DNA of 61,203 nucleotides from Acidobacteriota bacterium (GTDB lineage Bacteria; Acidobacteriota; Vicinamibacteria; Vicinamibacterales; UBA8438): NCBI GenBank assembly GCA_022562495.1, contig JADFPE010000004.1, positions 1 to 61,203 of the forward strand, read 5' to 3'. Shown piece by piece: positions 9,631 to 22,781 of this stretch (position 1 is its first letter; each line of letters starts with the position of its first letter). The notes under the pieces were generated by a model. It saw only the letters and a program-made list of their open reading frames with translations, ran no database searches and was not told where the DNA came from. The position numbers and the translations under genes were made by a program.

Positions 9631-10188
9631 ATGAAACGCACCGTTCTCATCGTCCTCGCCTTCGGCGCGCTGGCGTTCTCGTCGAGCGTGTACGCACAAA
9701 CAAACGCGGAGCTCATCGAGTGGGCGCTGGCCGCAGCGCCGCGGCGGGCCCAGGAAGGCGCGACCGTCGTCAAGTGGGCCGCCGACCACACCTACACGAC
9801 GATCAAGGAAGGCACCAACGAGATCGTCTGCTACAACCGTGCGGATGAACGCGACCGGCAGCCGTTCGCGGTGCAGTGCACCAACAAAATGAACCTCGAC
9901 AGGGTCGCGCAGAACCGGCGGTTTCATGCGGAGAGTACCGACGCTGAGGGAGAGCGCGCGCTGGTGGCCGCCGCCGACGCGAACAGCACCCGCGTGAAGG
10001 CCGAGTTCGGCTCTGTGTGGCGCTCAATGAATGGTGCCGACCAGGCAAGTGCTCGAGTACACGCGACCATCGCCATGCCAGGGGCGACCACGGCGTCCAC
10101 TGGCTTCCCTGAGAATCGCGACCATGGTGGCGCATATCTCATGGCGGCGGGCACGAGCGAGGCCCACCTCATGACACCGGGGCAGTAG
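9631..10188 (+). CDS. Secreted hypothetical protein
   Basis: RBS, signal peptide, ALAAAP...ATVVKW, EGTNEIVCY and GAYLMAAGTSEAHLMTPG. Confidence 0.8.
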   Translation: MKRTVLIVLAFGALAFSSSVYAQTNAELIEWALAAAPRRAQEGATVVKWAADHTYTTIKEGTNEIVCYNRADERDRQPFAVQCTNKMNLDRVAQNRRFHAESTDAEGERALVAAADANSTRVKAEFGSVWRSMNGADQASARVHATIAMPGATTASTGFPENRDHGGAYLMAAGTSEAHLMTPGQ

Positions 10189-10225
10189 AGCGCTCAACAG
10201 AGGCGGACGTACGAAGACGCCCCGG

Positions 10226-10249
10226 GGGGCAAGGCCGACGCCTTGCCCC
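10226..10249. terminator. Hairpin between convergent genes (GGGGCAAGGC-cgac-GCCTTGCCCC)
   Basis: Perfect 10-bp stem, but no U-tract. Confidence 0.5.
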
Positions 10250-10287
10250 GCAGGCGTGAAGGCCTGCGCCACATCGGCAACCCAGGC

Positions 10288-11097
10288 TCAGCCGAGCTTG
10301 GTGCGGGCGTCCTTCAACATCGCGACGAGGGCGGCCCGGACCTCCTCTGGCGTGCCGACCTGGTCGGCGAACGCCAGACGGACCGGTCGGGGTCCCTCGG
10401 CAGTCACGGCCGACATCTCGAAGCCGTACCGGTCGACGCCGGTCATGCTGGCGGCGGTGATGTCGGTCGCCTTCGAGAACGCCTTGCAGTAGAGCACCAT
10501 GCCGTCGGCGTGGTCGGCGTTCATGTGGGCGATGATGCCGGCAGCCGATGCGGCAAGCGGGTCCGGTTCGGCGGTGTGCCACTCGGCCGCCTCTACCCAG
10601 GACATCCGCCCGTACCCGCCGATGTACCGGATCGACTCCACCTCCAGCCGCCAGAACGCGAAGTCACGGAAATCGGCGTAGTAGGCGGCGTTCGGGTGCG
10701 TGGCCAGGAACGCCACGCGCGCGCTGCCCCCGTCGCCGTCAACCTGTCGGCAGGGTCCGAGCAGCGTGACACGGCCGTTCGCGAGTGGGTCCTCAGAGCC
10801 GCTTTCGGCCACCAGCAGCGACGCCCGTGGGTCGCGCTGCAGGTTCCGGGTGTGCTCGGCCAGCGTACTGACGAGAAAGACCGGGTTGCCGTCGTCGAAG
10901 GCGACCGTCACGAACGAGCCGTAGGGATAGCCTTCCGGCTCAGCCGCCACCGTGCACAGGGTGCCGGTCGTCATCTGCCCCACGAGGGTTCGCGCCCGCT
11001 CGGCATGCGTGGGCGTCGGCACGTTCACGTCGTACAGCGGTTCCGGCGCGTCGCCGGACGGCCGGGCATGGGCGTCGTTGGTCTTGTCTGTCGTCAT
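10288..11097 (-). CDS. HugZ-like pyridoxamine-5'-phosphate oxidase family protein with DUF2470
   Basis: GYPYGSFV, STLAEHTRNL, YIGGYGRMSWV, IIAHMNADH and GVDRYG. Confidence 0.9.
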   Translation of the reverse strand: MTTDKTNDAHARPSGDAPEPLYDVNVPTPTHAERARTLVGQMTTGTLCTVAAEPEGYPYGSFVTVAFDDGNPVFLVSTLAEHTRNLQRDPRASLLVAESGSEDPLANGRVTLLGPCRQVDGDGGSARVAFLATHPNAAYYADFRDFAFWRLEVESIRYIGGYGRMSWVEAAEWHTAEPDPLAASAAGIIAHMNADHADGMVLYCKAFSKATDITAASMTGVDRYGFEMSAVTAEGPRPVRLAFADQVGTPEEVRAALVAMLKDARTKLG

Positions 11098-11099
11098 GG

Positions 11100-11453
11100 T
11101 CACAGCAGCACATTCAAGAGCACGCTCATTACGAACCTCCCTATCGTGAGCAACACCGCCATGATCAGGGTCGTCTTCATCGAATCGATCTCGAAGTCGT
11201 CGATGAGCTTGTCGGTCAGCCACAACATCAAGGCGTTGATGAGCAACCCTAACAGGCCGAGGCTAAGAAACATCGGGATGAACAGGATCCACCCGATCAG
11301 CGTGCCCAGAAAGAAACTGAACAGGCCGTAGACCAGCGCCACAATCACCGCGGTGCCGTACGATTTCAGGCGCACGCCAGGCAACGCTGACGCCAGCAGG
11401 AGGAGGAGCCCTCCGGTCACGAGCACATCGATGATGGGTCTCAGCAGCATCAT
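11100..11453 (-). CDS. 4-TM phage-holin-family membrane protein (YvlD/DUF360-like)
   Basis: LPGVRLKSYGTAVIVALVYG...LLINALMLWLTDKLIDDFEI. This is a housekeeping-type family; there is no phage context. Confidence 0.85.
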   Translation of the reverse strand: MMLLRPIIDVLVTGGLLLLLASALPGVRLKSYGTAVIVALVYGLFSFFLGTLIGWILFIPMFLSLGLLGLLINALMLWLTDKLIDDFEIDSMKTTLIMAVLLTIGRFVMSVLLNVLL

Positions 11454-11521
11454 GTCGCTAGCATATCAGCCACGGGCCACGAGTTGGCCGCGGCGGGACG
11501 CTCGGCATGACGTGGCGGCGC

Positions 11522-13134
11522 CTAGCCACCGGGCACCGACTGCGGTCGCTCGCCGGGGCTCGGCTGCCCGGTGTGCACCGTCTCGCGCAGCGGGATCTCG
11601 TCGAGAAACCAGGACAGCGCGAAACCGGCCAGCAGCAGTGGAATCGCCCACAGGAACACGCTATGGATCGAGAGTGAGAGCGCCTCGATGATCCCGTTCC
11701 TGATCTCCGGCGGCAACAGGCGAATCTGCGCGGGACTGCTGAGGAGCTGGCTCGCGCGGCCACCTGCCTCGGCCAGCGCGGCGGCCGGCACCAGCCGGGG
11801 CAGCTCCTCTGCCATCCGCGTGTTCAGGATCGCGCCGAAGACCGCCACCCCGAACAACCCGCCCATCGACCGGAAGAAGGTGGCGGCCGCGGTGGCGACA
11901 CCCAGATCGGCGTAGGCCACCGCGTTCTGGACGGCGAGCACCAGCACCTGCATCACCATCCCGATCCCGAGCCCGAGCACCAGCATGCAGAACGAGCTTT
12001 CGAGCCGCGTGGTGTCGGGGCCCATCAAACTGAGCAGGAACATCCCGGCGGCGGCGACCGCCATGCCGGTCACCGGCCACACCTTGTAGCGACCCGTCCG
12101 GCTGATGATCCGACCCGAGGTGATCGAGGCGGTCATCAGCCCGCCCATCAGAGGCAGCATCAACAGCCCGGAGTTGGTCGCCGAGGCGCCGGTCACGATC
12201 TGGAGGAACAGCGGCAGGAAGATGATGCCGCCGAACATGCCACACCCGATCAGGAACCCGAGCCCCGCGGTCACCGAGAAGATCCGGTTGCCGAAGAGCC
12301 GGAGCGGGAGCGTCGGCTCAGGAACGCGGGACTCCCAGGCGACGAATGCCAGGGTCAGGACCACGCCCGCGAGCCCCAGGCCGATGATGACCAGTGAGCC
12401 CCAGGGATACTCGGTCCCCCCCCAGACCAACCCCAGAACCAGACAGCTCACGGCCGTGACCAGCAGCACCGCACCCTCGACATCGATCCGGTGCGCCCGT
12501 CGCATGAGGGGCGGCTTGAGCACGCTCGACGTCACGACAAGTGCCATCGCGCCGACCGGCAGGTTGATGAGAAAGACCCACCGCCACGAGACGTGGTCGA
12601 CAATGAAGCCCCCGAGCAGCGGCCCGACGACGCTGGCGAACGCGAAGACGGAGCCGAGATACCCGGTATAGCGCCCGCGCTCGCGCGGCGCAACGACGTC
12701 GCCGACCACGGCAAAGGTCATCGCCATCAACCCGCCGGCACCGGCGCCCTGGATCCCGCGGCACAGGACGAGCTGCACCATCGTCTGGGCGAGCCCGGCC
12801 AGCAGGGAACCGGCCAGGAAGATGAGGATCGCGGTCTGGAACACCGCCTTGCGGCCGTAGAGGTCGCTGATCTTCCCGTAGAGCGGCGTGCTGACCGTTG
12901 AGGTGAGCAGGTAGGCGGTGACGACCCACGAATAGTGCTCGAGCCCGCCGAGCTCACCCACGATCGTGGGCAACGCGGTGGCGACGATGGTCTGGTCGAG
13001 CGCGGCGAGGAGCAACCCCGTCATCAGACCGCTGAAGACGATGAGGATCTGCCGGTGGGTCAGCGGCGCCGGCGCCGTGGGGACGCCGGCCGCCGCTGCG
13101 CCAGATGGGGCAGTGACGTCCCCGACGGTGTCAC

Positions 13135-13138
<4 letters not shown>
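11522..13138 (-). CDS. DHA2 (EmrB/QacA-like) MFS transporter
   Basis: [24 protein letters not shown] and [12 protein letters not shown]. The GTG start overlaps the fumarase stop (GTGA). Confidence 0.93.
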
Positions 13139-14781
<1,643 letters not shown>

Positions 14782-14789
14782 GACCGACC

Positions 14790-16211
14790 TCATCCCTTGG
14801 CGACGTTCACCGTCTGGATCTCGGTGAAGCCGAGCAGCCCCCAGGGACCGTTCTCGACCCCGATGCCGGACCACTTGGCGCCGCCGAATGGCGCGTGCGG
14901 CACCACGTTCAGGTGCTGATTGACCCACGCCGTACCGCACTCGAGCTGGCGTGCCACCGCTTCCGCCCTGGCGGTGTCGCTCGACCAGACCGACCCGCTC
15001 AGCCCGAAGTGGGTGGCGTTGGCGCGCGCGATCGCGTCGTCGACCTCTTTGTAGGGCACCACCGGCAACACCGGCCCGAACTGCTCCTCGTCGACGAGGC
15101 GTGCGCCGTCGGTAAGATCAGCGACGATGGTCGGCGCGTAGAAATAACCGCGGTCGCCAATACGCTGTCCCCCGGTCACCATGCGGGCGCCGGAGTGTCT
15201 GGCATCCTCGACCAGCTCCTGCACCCGCTCGAACTGAGGCTGGTTGTTGATCGGACCGAGCTGGCTGTCCTCGTCGAGCCCGTTCCCCACCTTCACACCA
15301 CGGGCCATCTCGGCCAGGTGCGCGACCATCGACTCGTAGAGCGACTCCGGCACGTAGACCCGCTTGATCGCGCTGCAGACCTGCCCGCAATTCTCGAACG
15401 CGCCCCAGAACAGCCGCTTGGCGGTCCGCGCCACGTCGACGTCCGGCAGCACAATCGCCGGGTCGTTGCCACCGAGCTCGAGCGTGACCCGCTTCAGGTC
15501 TGGCGCCGCGGCCGCGGCGACCAGCTTGCCGGTGGCGACCGACCCGGTGAACGAGATCTTGCGGACCGTCGGGTGCGACGTCATCCAGCCCCCGAGCGCG
15601 TCGCCGCCCGACACGACGTTGAGTACGCCCGACGGCAGCACGTCCCGGAGGATCTCGCCCAGCCGTAGGGTCGCCAGCGGCGTGAACGGCGACGGCTTCA
15701 ACACGATCGTGTTGCCGGCCAGCAGCGCCGGGGCGATCTTCCAGACCGCCAGCGACACCGGATAGTTCCAGGGGGTGATGGCCGCCACGACGCCGAACGG
15801 CCGGCGGCGCACCTCGACCCGCACCCGATCGTTGTCGAGCGCGACCTCCACCGGGATCTCGAGCCTGGCCGTGTAGGTGAACCACTTGGCGGCCCCGGCG
15901 ATCTCCGCCGCCGCCTTGGCCAGCGGCTTGCCCTGTTCCTGGGTGAGCACCCGCGCCAGCTCATCGGCGTGGGCCGTGATCGCGTCGGCACACGCAGGGA
16001 GCAACGCCCGGCGGGCCGCCTCGTCCAGGCGCCAGGTCCGAAAGGCGGTCGCCGCCGCCTGCATCGCCGCGTCGAGCTGCTCGCGGGTGCACTCGGGGGC
16101 CTCATCGAAGATGTCGCCGGTGGCGGGATTGATCACGCCGAACGTCGACTGGGCCACTGCCGGGGCGCCGTCGATCGTCATGGCATGCGACGCGGTCTCG
16201 GTCGTGGTCAT
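14790..16211 (-). CDS. NAD(P)-dependent aldehyde dehydrogenase
   Basis: [31 protein letters not shown] and EEQFGPVLP. Confidence 0.95.
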   Translation of the reverse strand: MTTTETASHAMTIDGAPAVAQSTFGVINPATGDIFDEAPECTREQLDAAMQAAATAFRTWRLDEAARRALLPACADAITAHADELARVLTQEQGKPLAKAAAEIAGAAKWFTYTARLEIPVEVALDNDRVRVEVRRRPFGVVAAITPWNYPVSLAVWKIAPALLAGNTIVLKPSPFTPLATLRLGEILRDVLPSGVLNVVSGGDALGGWMTSHPTVRKISFTGSVATGKLVAAAAAPDLKRVTLELGGNDPAIVLPDVDVARTAKRLFWGAFENCGQVCSAIKRVYVPESLYESMVAHLAEMARGVKVGNGLDEDSQLGPINNQPQFERVQELVEDARHSGARMVTGGQRIGDRGYFYAPTIVADLTDGARLVDEEQFGPVLPVVPYKEVDDAIARANATHFGLSGSVWSSDTARAEAVARQLECGTAWVNQHLNVVPHAPFGGAKWSGIGVENGPWGLLGFTEIQTVNVAKG

Positions 16212-16392
16212 GGGGTTCCTCAGGAATATGTAACAAAGACAGCCTCTCAGTATAATCGAGAAGATTCCGGGCGGCTCCCGACCCTTCTGCGGGTTCTAGC
16301 AGGCTGTGGAACAACGCCAGCCAGGGCGCGCGGCAATGCGGGCCCCGCGGGTGCGGCGTGGGGTTCGGGGCGCAGCCCCGTCTGGGTACTCG

Positions 16393-17646
16393 ATGAACAT
16401 CTACGCGTGGATCGTGCTGGTGGCGTTGCTCGGAGAGCTCGCGCTCTCGGTCGTGACGAGCCTGTTGAACATCCAGGCGATGAGCCCGACCGTGCCGGAC
16501 GAGTTCCGTCCGGCCTACGACGACGAGACCTACGCACGCTCGCAGGCGTATACCCGGACGCGCACGCGGTTCGGTCTGCTGCACGACGCCGTCAGCCTGG
16601 CCGCGCTGCTCCTGTTCTGGCAACTGGGTGGGTTCGGCTGGCTCGACCGGCTGTGCCGTGGGGCCGGGCTGGGACCGGTATCGACCGGACTGCTGTTCAT
16701 CGGGGCGCTCGTGGTCGGCTCGACCGCGCTCGGTCTGCCGTTCCGGATCTACTCCACCTTCGTCATCGAGGAGCGGTTCGGGTTCAACCGCACGACCCGG
16801 CGCACGTTCGTCCTCGATCGCCTCAAGGGGCTCGCCCTGGGGGCGGTACTCGGCGGCGCGTTGCTGGCCGCGGTGCTGTTCTTCTTCGACTGGGCGGGAC
16901 CGCTGGCCTGGCTCTGGTGCTGGGGCGCCGTCACCCTCTTCATGTTGACCGCCCAGTTCGTGGCACCCACCTGGATCATGCCGCTCTTCAACACCTTCAG
17001 CCCGCTCGACAGCGGCGAGCTGAAGGACGCGCTGCTCGACTACGCGCGGTCGACGCAGTTCCCGCTCGACGGCATCACCGTGATCGACGGGTCACGACGG
17101 TCGGCGAAAGCCAATGCGTTCTTCACCGGCTTCGGCAGCCACAAGCGGATTGCGCTGTTTGACACACTGGTCGAGAAGCAGACGACCCCCGAGCTGGTCG
17201 CCATCGTGGCGCACGAGGTGGGGCACTACAAGCGCCGGCACATCCTGAAGGGCCTGGCGCTCAGTCTCGCCCACACCGGTGTGTTGTTCTGGCTGCTGTC
17301 GCTGTTTCTCGATCGACAGGGACTGTTCGACGCCTTTGCCGTAGGGGAGCCGTCGGTGCATGCCGGGCTGGTGTTCTTCGGGCTGCTGTTCACACCTATC
17401 GAGCTGGTCCTGTCGGTTCTGGTCAATTCCTTCTCGCGCAAGTACGAGTTCGAGGCGGACGCGTTCGCCGCCGACACAACCGGTAGCGCGGAACCGCTCA
17501 TCACAGCGCTGAAGAAGCTGTCGACCGACAGCCTGTCGAACCTCACGCCCCACCCGCTACAGGTCTTCTTGCACCATTCGCACCCGCCGGTGTTGCACCG
17601 GATCACAGCCTTGAGGGCGTTGACAGGGGGGGAGGAACCGGCCTGA
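16393..17646 (+). CDS. M48 family Ste24-like zinc metalloprotease
   Basis: ANAFFTGFG, KRIALFDTL, HEVGH, EFEADAFA and HSHPP. Confidence 0.95.
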   Translation: MNIYAWIVLVALLGELALSVVTSLLNIQAMSPTVPDEFRPAYDDETYARSQAYTRTRTRFGLLHDAVSLAALLLFWQLGGFGWLDRLCRGAGLGPVSTGLLFIGALVVGSTALGLPFRIYSTFVIEERFGFNRTTRRTFVLDRLKGLALGAVLGGALLAAVLFFFDWAGPLAWLWCWGAVTLFMLTAQFVAPTWIMPLFNTFSPLDSGELKDALLDYARSTQFPLDGITVIDGSRRSAKANAFFTGFGSHKRIALFDTLVEKQTTPELVAIVAHEVGHYKRRHILKGLALSLAHTGVLFWLLSLFLDRQGLFDAFAVGEPSVHAGLVFFGLLFTPIELVLSVLVNSFSRKYEFEADAFAADTTGSAEPLITALKKLSTDSLSNLTPHPLQVFLHHSHPPVLHRITALRALTGGEEPA

Positions 17647-17845
17647 AGGCGGTAAACAATTACGGATGAACCCAGCCATCAATCGCACCGTCTCGGAGTT
17701 CGTGAGACGTCAACGGGTCCGGGAGTCCGGTCGGTTGCTGCGTGAGGACGCGTTCGCTACCCGCTAACCAACGCGCAGCTCGAGAAGCTGGACCACGGAC
17801 GCCCATGGTCCTGGTCTCGCTGCACCATCCCAACATTGGCTCGGC

Positions 17846-19294
17846 TCACCGCTCCGCCAGCTTTTTCTCCAGCTCCGCGACCTCCCGATCCCGCCGATGG
17901 TAGCCTATCACGTCAATCATCGTTTTGCCCCGAACCAGCACGTTGAGGGCTTTGTCGCGCTCGCCTTCCTCCAACCACAGCCGGGTAGACTCCAGGTACG
18001 CATCGGCTTGATGAAGCTTCATTGGTCCCGCCCCAGCAATCTCTAGTACTTTCTCGACGTCGGTCCACGCGTCAGGTAACTTCCCCTGTACCCGACGTAA
18101 CGCCGCATGGGCCAACAGACCAAGGAGAAGATGATCTTCCTGTTTGGCCTTGAACAGGTCGGCTACAGCAGTGTCAATGTGGTTCATGGCCTCAGACAGA
18201 TCACCCGTGTCCTTTTCTTGCAGAGCCTCAAGCAGGATGGCGCGGCCGAGCGAGAGGTGGTCGAGCGCGATGTCCCGGATCCGACCTTCCTTGATATTCC
18301 ATTCCAGCGTCTGAATGGCCCGCTGTTTCACCTCTTGGTATTTCCCTTGGTCGAGCAAAAAATCACAGTATAGAAAGCCTGCCAGCACCGCGAATAGAAG
18401 CGGACGCGCAGGATCCCATTCCTCTTGAATTCGCTCAGCCTTGCGAAAGACTGCTGCTGCCTCTTCGGTTCGTCCCACTTTGTGTAATGCCTCGCCAAGG
18501 AACGCTCGATTATACGAGTGTTGAGGACCCCAGGGTCCAGAGCGATCATCGCTACGTTCGGCAAGTTCGACGCCCTTCTGAGCGTACTTGAGGGCCTCGG
18601 CAAGTTCCCCGAGCTGGAGGTAGATGGTGCTGCAGTTCGCGGCAGAGTTGGCCGCGGCTATCCAATCTTCTGCATCTTGACGAACTTCCACCGCCCTTGT
18701 CATCGGCCGGATTCCCTCCGTGATCCGGCCCAGCGCACGGAGGTCCCATCCCGCCTCATTCAGGACATAGCCCTGGCTCTTCGGAACAAGTCCCGCCACG
18801 GGTTGGTCCCAAGGTTGGTCGGAGAGCGTGAGGTCAAAAAAACAGGACACAGCCGCCAGGTCGTCGCCAATAGCCCCGATCGTGAACTGACTGTAGGCTT
18901 CGGGTCCTCTATGCATCCGGCGACGGTACACGTCATCGAGGACCTCCTGGTGTCGGCCGGCATGACATCCGTGCGCGACGACTTGGGACAGCGCCGTCAT
19001 CCCTCGTAGATCCTCAGGCAGATCGGTCGTTTCTTCTCTCAGGTACTCGTACAGTCTGCGGTGTCCTTCGCGCCACGCCTCGGGAAACTTTTCCTGAACC
19101 TGATCGCTGAAATACTCGCGCACCAACGGATGGACATCGCACCTATCCGGATCGCGCACCTGGGCCTTATCGATCAGACGCGCCTTTCGTAAGCGCCCCA
19201 GCACGCGCCGCCATTGGTCGGTCGACTCCAGCTCCACCAGCGTCTTGGTCAAGTGGGCAATGGATGGAGGCTTCCGGAGGACGTCCAATAATTT
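17846..19294 (-). pseudogene. C-terminal half (winged-helix and TPR sensor region) of the IS-split SEFIR-NTPase-TPR gene
   Basis: DVHPLVREYF followed by TPR-like helices. Joins in frame to 21286-22779 once the IS and one target duplicate are removed (EGKLL|DVLRKPP). Confidence 0.88.
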
Positions 19295-21285
19295 GAGTGT
19301 GGCTCTTCTTCGTCGACGGCCAGTGGGGCTCTGCGAAGGAAGACGCGAGAGTTACTTGACCCGTCGAAGACGTGGCGTGGAGGGGGGTGGGAGCAGATCT
19401 TTGACCGGAGTGACGGCCCCATCGGCGTACCGCTCGGCGTGGTTCCGCTGGTACTCGCGCGCTTCGTGGTAGTCCCAATACGCATCGAAGTCGCCGCTGG
19501 CTCGTAGCGCCCGGAGCTTCAGGACCGCTTCGGCGCCGACCAGGCGCCAGCGCGCGCCGGTCAACTCCATGCGGTCTCGAACCAAGTACCGGCACGCCCC
19601 TTCGATGACTCCGGTGGCGATGGGATAGCCCGCCGCGAGGTAGCGATCGTAGTGCAGGTACGGGGCGTATTTCACTAGGTAGTCGGCGCAGGTATCGACA
19701 CGCTTGCGTTCGCCGCTCGAGAAGCCGGCGATGGTCGCCGCGCGCCGCATCGCTCCGGCCACCTGACTGGCCTTACCCTCGAGAATGCTCCGCACGCGCG
19801 TCCAGGCCCAGCACTCCAGCTCGGGGCTCCCCTCTCGGTGGAACACGTGCGCGGCCTTCCAGACGTACTCGGCCACGTGGATGATGTCGATGACCACCGT
19901 GACCTCCACGTCGTGCATCGCGGTGATCTCTTCCACGAGGGCGAGCTGCGTCTCGGCGCCATCGACGAGCGCGATCCAGCGCGTGGCGTGCTCGGGGTCC
20001 TGGCGCTCCGCTTCCAGCGTCGCCTCCGCGATCACCTCCCACGGCTCCTTGTCGATGCTGGCCCAGACCCGTTTCGCCACGGGTCGAGCTCGCACGCCCC
20101 GGGGCGTGGCGCCCGGCTGTGGCGGCATCAAGCTCCGCAGGAACTCCTCGGGGCTCCGCACGAACGGCGCGACCGCGTACACGGCGGCGACGGTGGCCAT
20201 TCGCTTCGAGTGCTTCTTCTCTCCCTTCTTGAGGCGCTTGAACAGTCTTGAGAGCTTCTCTTTCTTCTGTCGGCGCCGCTCGGCCGCTTTGCGCGTCGCC
20301 GCGCGCAGATCGTCGCGATGCATCACGACGCCCTTGCCATCGAAGGTGAGCACGATCACCCCACCCGTGGGTGGCGGCTGTCCATCTTCCTCACGACGTG
20401 CCTCGTAGAACGCGTCGAAGTCCTGCGCCGCTCGAACCACCAGCGCTTCCGCCTGACGCTTGGGCACTTCCGCCCCGGTCGTGCGAGCCAGATCGAACAG
20501 TGTTTCGTCGAAGGAGCGCGAGGCCGCCGCCGCCGCGACCCGGCGGCGCACCTCGAGCGAGTAGCGCTCTGGCGGCAGGTTGAGCGCGGCATCAAGCGGA
20601 TGCAGGCTGTCGTGACCGGGGCTCGCGTATCCCACGCGCTCGACCTGCACCGTGCCGAAGATCGTCTCCAGGTGGCGGGCGTGCACGCGCCGCTCTGAGC
20701 GCGCGACGCCGTCGGCCCCCTCGACCGGTCCGGCGGCCTCACCCGGGCTGCGTTGCTCAAGGTGCCCTTGCAGGAGCTTGCGCATCAGCTCCTGGCCGCG
20801 TCGGTGCAACTCGCGCTCAAGATCGCTCTCGCTCATGTGCTGGGCGTCGCGCGACGAGAGGTACGCTTTGGCCTGCGCGAAGGCGGCCTCCGCCGCCGCA
20901 TACGGTGCGTCGACGGGCGGACAGTCCATGCAGGCGGCACGCATCACTCAGCGCTCCCGCAACCGCCGCTGGGCATTCCGGTTCACCGGATAAATCAGGA
21001 TCATCGTGGCGCCTCAAGACCCTCAGTCGCCGCCACGCTCATCGCAGAGGCGTCTCCCGTCCCACGACACCGTACCAGAACGCCGCGCCAATGTCCAGGC
21101 CCGCCGCCCGCGGGAGGGGACGGACCGAGGCCCGCCGAGGCCGGGGGCATGAAGCCGTGATGGCTGCCTCAAAAAGAGGTGCCGGGGGCGCGTGTACCAG
21201 GAACATTGACCCGACGAGGAGTCGTCCGCGCGCTCAATTGCCTATAAAATAAGCCAAAAGCCATCTACGAAGAAGAGCCGCACTC
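19295..21285 (-). mobile_element. Complete ISKra4-family insertion sequence, 1,991 bp
   Basis: IR GAGTGTGGCTCTTCTTCGTCGACGGC (19295-19320) matches the reverse complement of 21260-21285 at 23/26. The 9-bp direct repeat CAATAATTT lies at 19286-19294 and 21286-21294. Confidence 0.93.
19352..20947 (-). CDS. ISKra4-family DDE transposase
   Basis: LETIFGTVQVERVGY, HPLDAALNLP, TFDGKGVVM, LVDGA, IDIIHVAEYVWKA and GYPIATGVIEGACRYLVRDRM; open frame. Confidence 0.92.
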   Translation of the reverse strand: MMRAACMDCPPVDAPYAAAEAAFAQAKAYLSSRDAQHMSESDLERELHRRGQELMRKLLQGHLEQRSPGEAAGPVEGADGVARSERRVHARHLETIFGTVQVERVGYASPGHDSLHPLDAALNLPPERYSLEVRRRVAAAAASRSFDETLFDLARTTGAEVPKRQAEALVVRAAQDFDAFYEARREEDGQPPPTGGVIVLTFDGKGVVMHRDDLRAATRKAAERRRQKKEKLSRLFKRLKKGEKKHSKRMATVAAVYAVAPFVRSPEEFLRSLMPPQPGATPRGVRARPVAKRVWASIDKEPWEVIAEATLEAERQDPEHATRWIALVDGAETQLALVEEITAMHDVEVTVVIDIIHVAEYVWKAAHVFHREGSPELECWAWTRVRSILEGKASQVAGAMRRAATIAGFSSGERKRVDTCADYLVKYAPYLHYDRYLAAGYPIATGVIEGACRYLVRDRMELTGARWRLVGAEAVLKLRALRASGDFDAYWDYHEAREYQRNHAERYADGAVTPVKDLLPPPSTPRLRRVK

Positions 21286-22779
21286 CAATAATTTGCCCTC
21301 GGCAGGCCGGTCGAACAGACCGAGCAACCGCAAGACGGCTAACTCCGGCCCCTCCCCGAGCCATGTTTCGTACGAAGCCAGCATCTGCCAGGCGTGGCCG
21401 CCATGTTCCTTGTCCTCTTCCCGCAGCGGTATCTCGCCCCGGCGGCTCACGTCGCCACCGCAAACGTCACGCAGATACGTGCCCAGCAGATTCAGCGCCA
21501 GGCCATGTCCCCCGAACTCACGCGACGCATTCTCCAGCTCATCCTGCGAGCCCTGCACGCCCAGCGCGGCGAGTAACGCCGCGCCGGCGGTCGGCGACAG
21601 CTGTTCCAGCTCGATCACCAGCGCCGTGGTCCCGCTGAAAGGTTGCAGCTCCTTGATGGACAGCCGCGTGGTCAGAATGCACAGCCCCGGATTGTCGGCG
21701 GCCAAGGCGCGAACCAGGGTCGCCAACGCCGGGTCCTTCAGATCGCCCCCGCCGCTATCGCCGTGGCCTGGTGGATGTTGAAGCGGTTCGAGCCCGTCGA
21801 GGATCAGCAGTGACCGCTCCTCTTGCACCAGCGTGACCAGCCGCTTGGCTCTGTCCTTGGCGGTACCCGCCTTTGGATCGTCGTCGCCGAACTTTGTGAG
21901 CGCTTCGTGGATGAACAGGTCGGCAGAGGTGGCGGTTTCGCGGGTGCCCTGGTTCTGGAACGACCAGCCGAAGACCCGCTCGGTTCCTCGGTAGTGCTCT
22001 TTCCCCATCGCCCCGAGCCAGCGCCTTACAAGCGCCGACTTGCCCACTCCACCCCACGCGATCAGGCTCACCACATTCGTACCGGCGTCGGCCCACGCGT
22101 CGTCCAGACGTTCAAGTTCTTGATCTCGGCCGAACAGAAACTCGCCGGTGTCAGGCAGTTGGGAGTACCAGACGCAGCGGGTTGGGGAGGACCCGCTGCG
22201 TGCCGGTGTAGCGATGTCGTTCGACATCGATGATCCCACAGCGCCAAAGCTCAACGGCGCTCCCTGACGACGGGTCTTCGGTGACCTCATCCTGACGGGT
22301 CCCGGCTCGATGCCGCCGGCACCGTCCAGGAAATCGCGCAGGGCGGAGTAACCCTCTTTGACCCTAAACAGGTAGTGCGTGTCTCCCCGGAGCGGTTCGG
22401 GGATGAAGTCTGCGTGGGCCGCGTCGCAGAGAAGAGGCACAAACTTGGAGGTGCGACTGCGACTGTCGTAAATCAGCTGGGTGATCAGCGCGCCTTCCCA
22501 ATTGACGCCTTTTCCCAGGTTCTGCTCCTCATGCCCGCGGAACCTGCGGTAGTAGGTTTCGGTGCAGACAACCAGCACAAACGCGGCTCTGTCGAGCTGA
22601 TCGAGCATCCAGCGCGGCCAGCCTTCAGTGGGGGTTCCGTTGACATATTGGTCAATCTGCGCATCGAACCCATCCTGACGGAGCCGCTCTGAGAGACTCA
22701 ACACGAGATCACGGTGTTCAGCCGAATCATGGCTGTAGCTGATGAAAACAGGTGTGGGTTCCCGTGACATCGGTTTCAT
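21286..22779 (-). pseudogene. N-terminal half (SEFIR/TIR effector and STAND-type NTPase) of the IS-split gene
   Basis: VFISYSHDS...GWPRWM...FVLVVCTETY...GKGVNWEG (SEFIR/TIR), FGRDQEL, Walker A WGGVGKS, Walker B LLILDGLE and GHGLALNLLG. Confidence 0.9.
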
Positions 22780-22781
22780 AC

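Noticed and set aside
11100-11453. Prophage suggested by a holin-family gene
   Set aside because: The family is common in non-phage contexts and no phage genes are nearby.
17647-17845. Possible boundary or att site of the SEFIR-NTPase-TPR islet
   Set aside because: No direct repeat matching the 22.8-23.0 kb side could be identified by eye.
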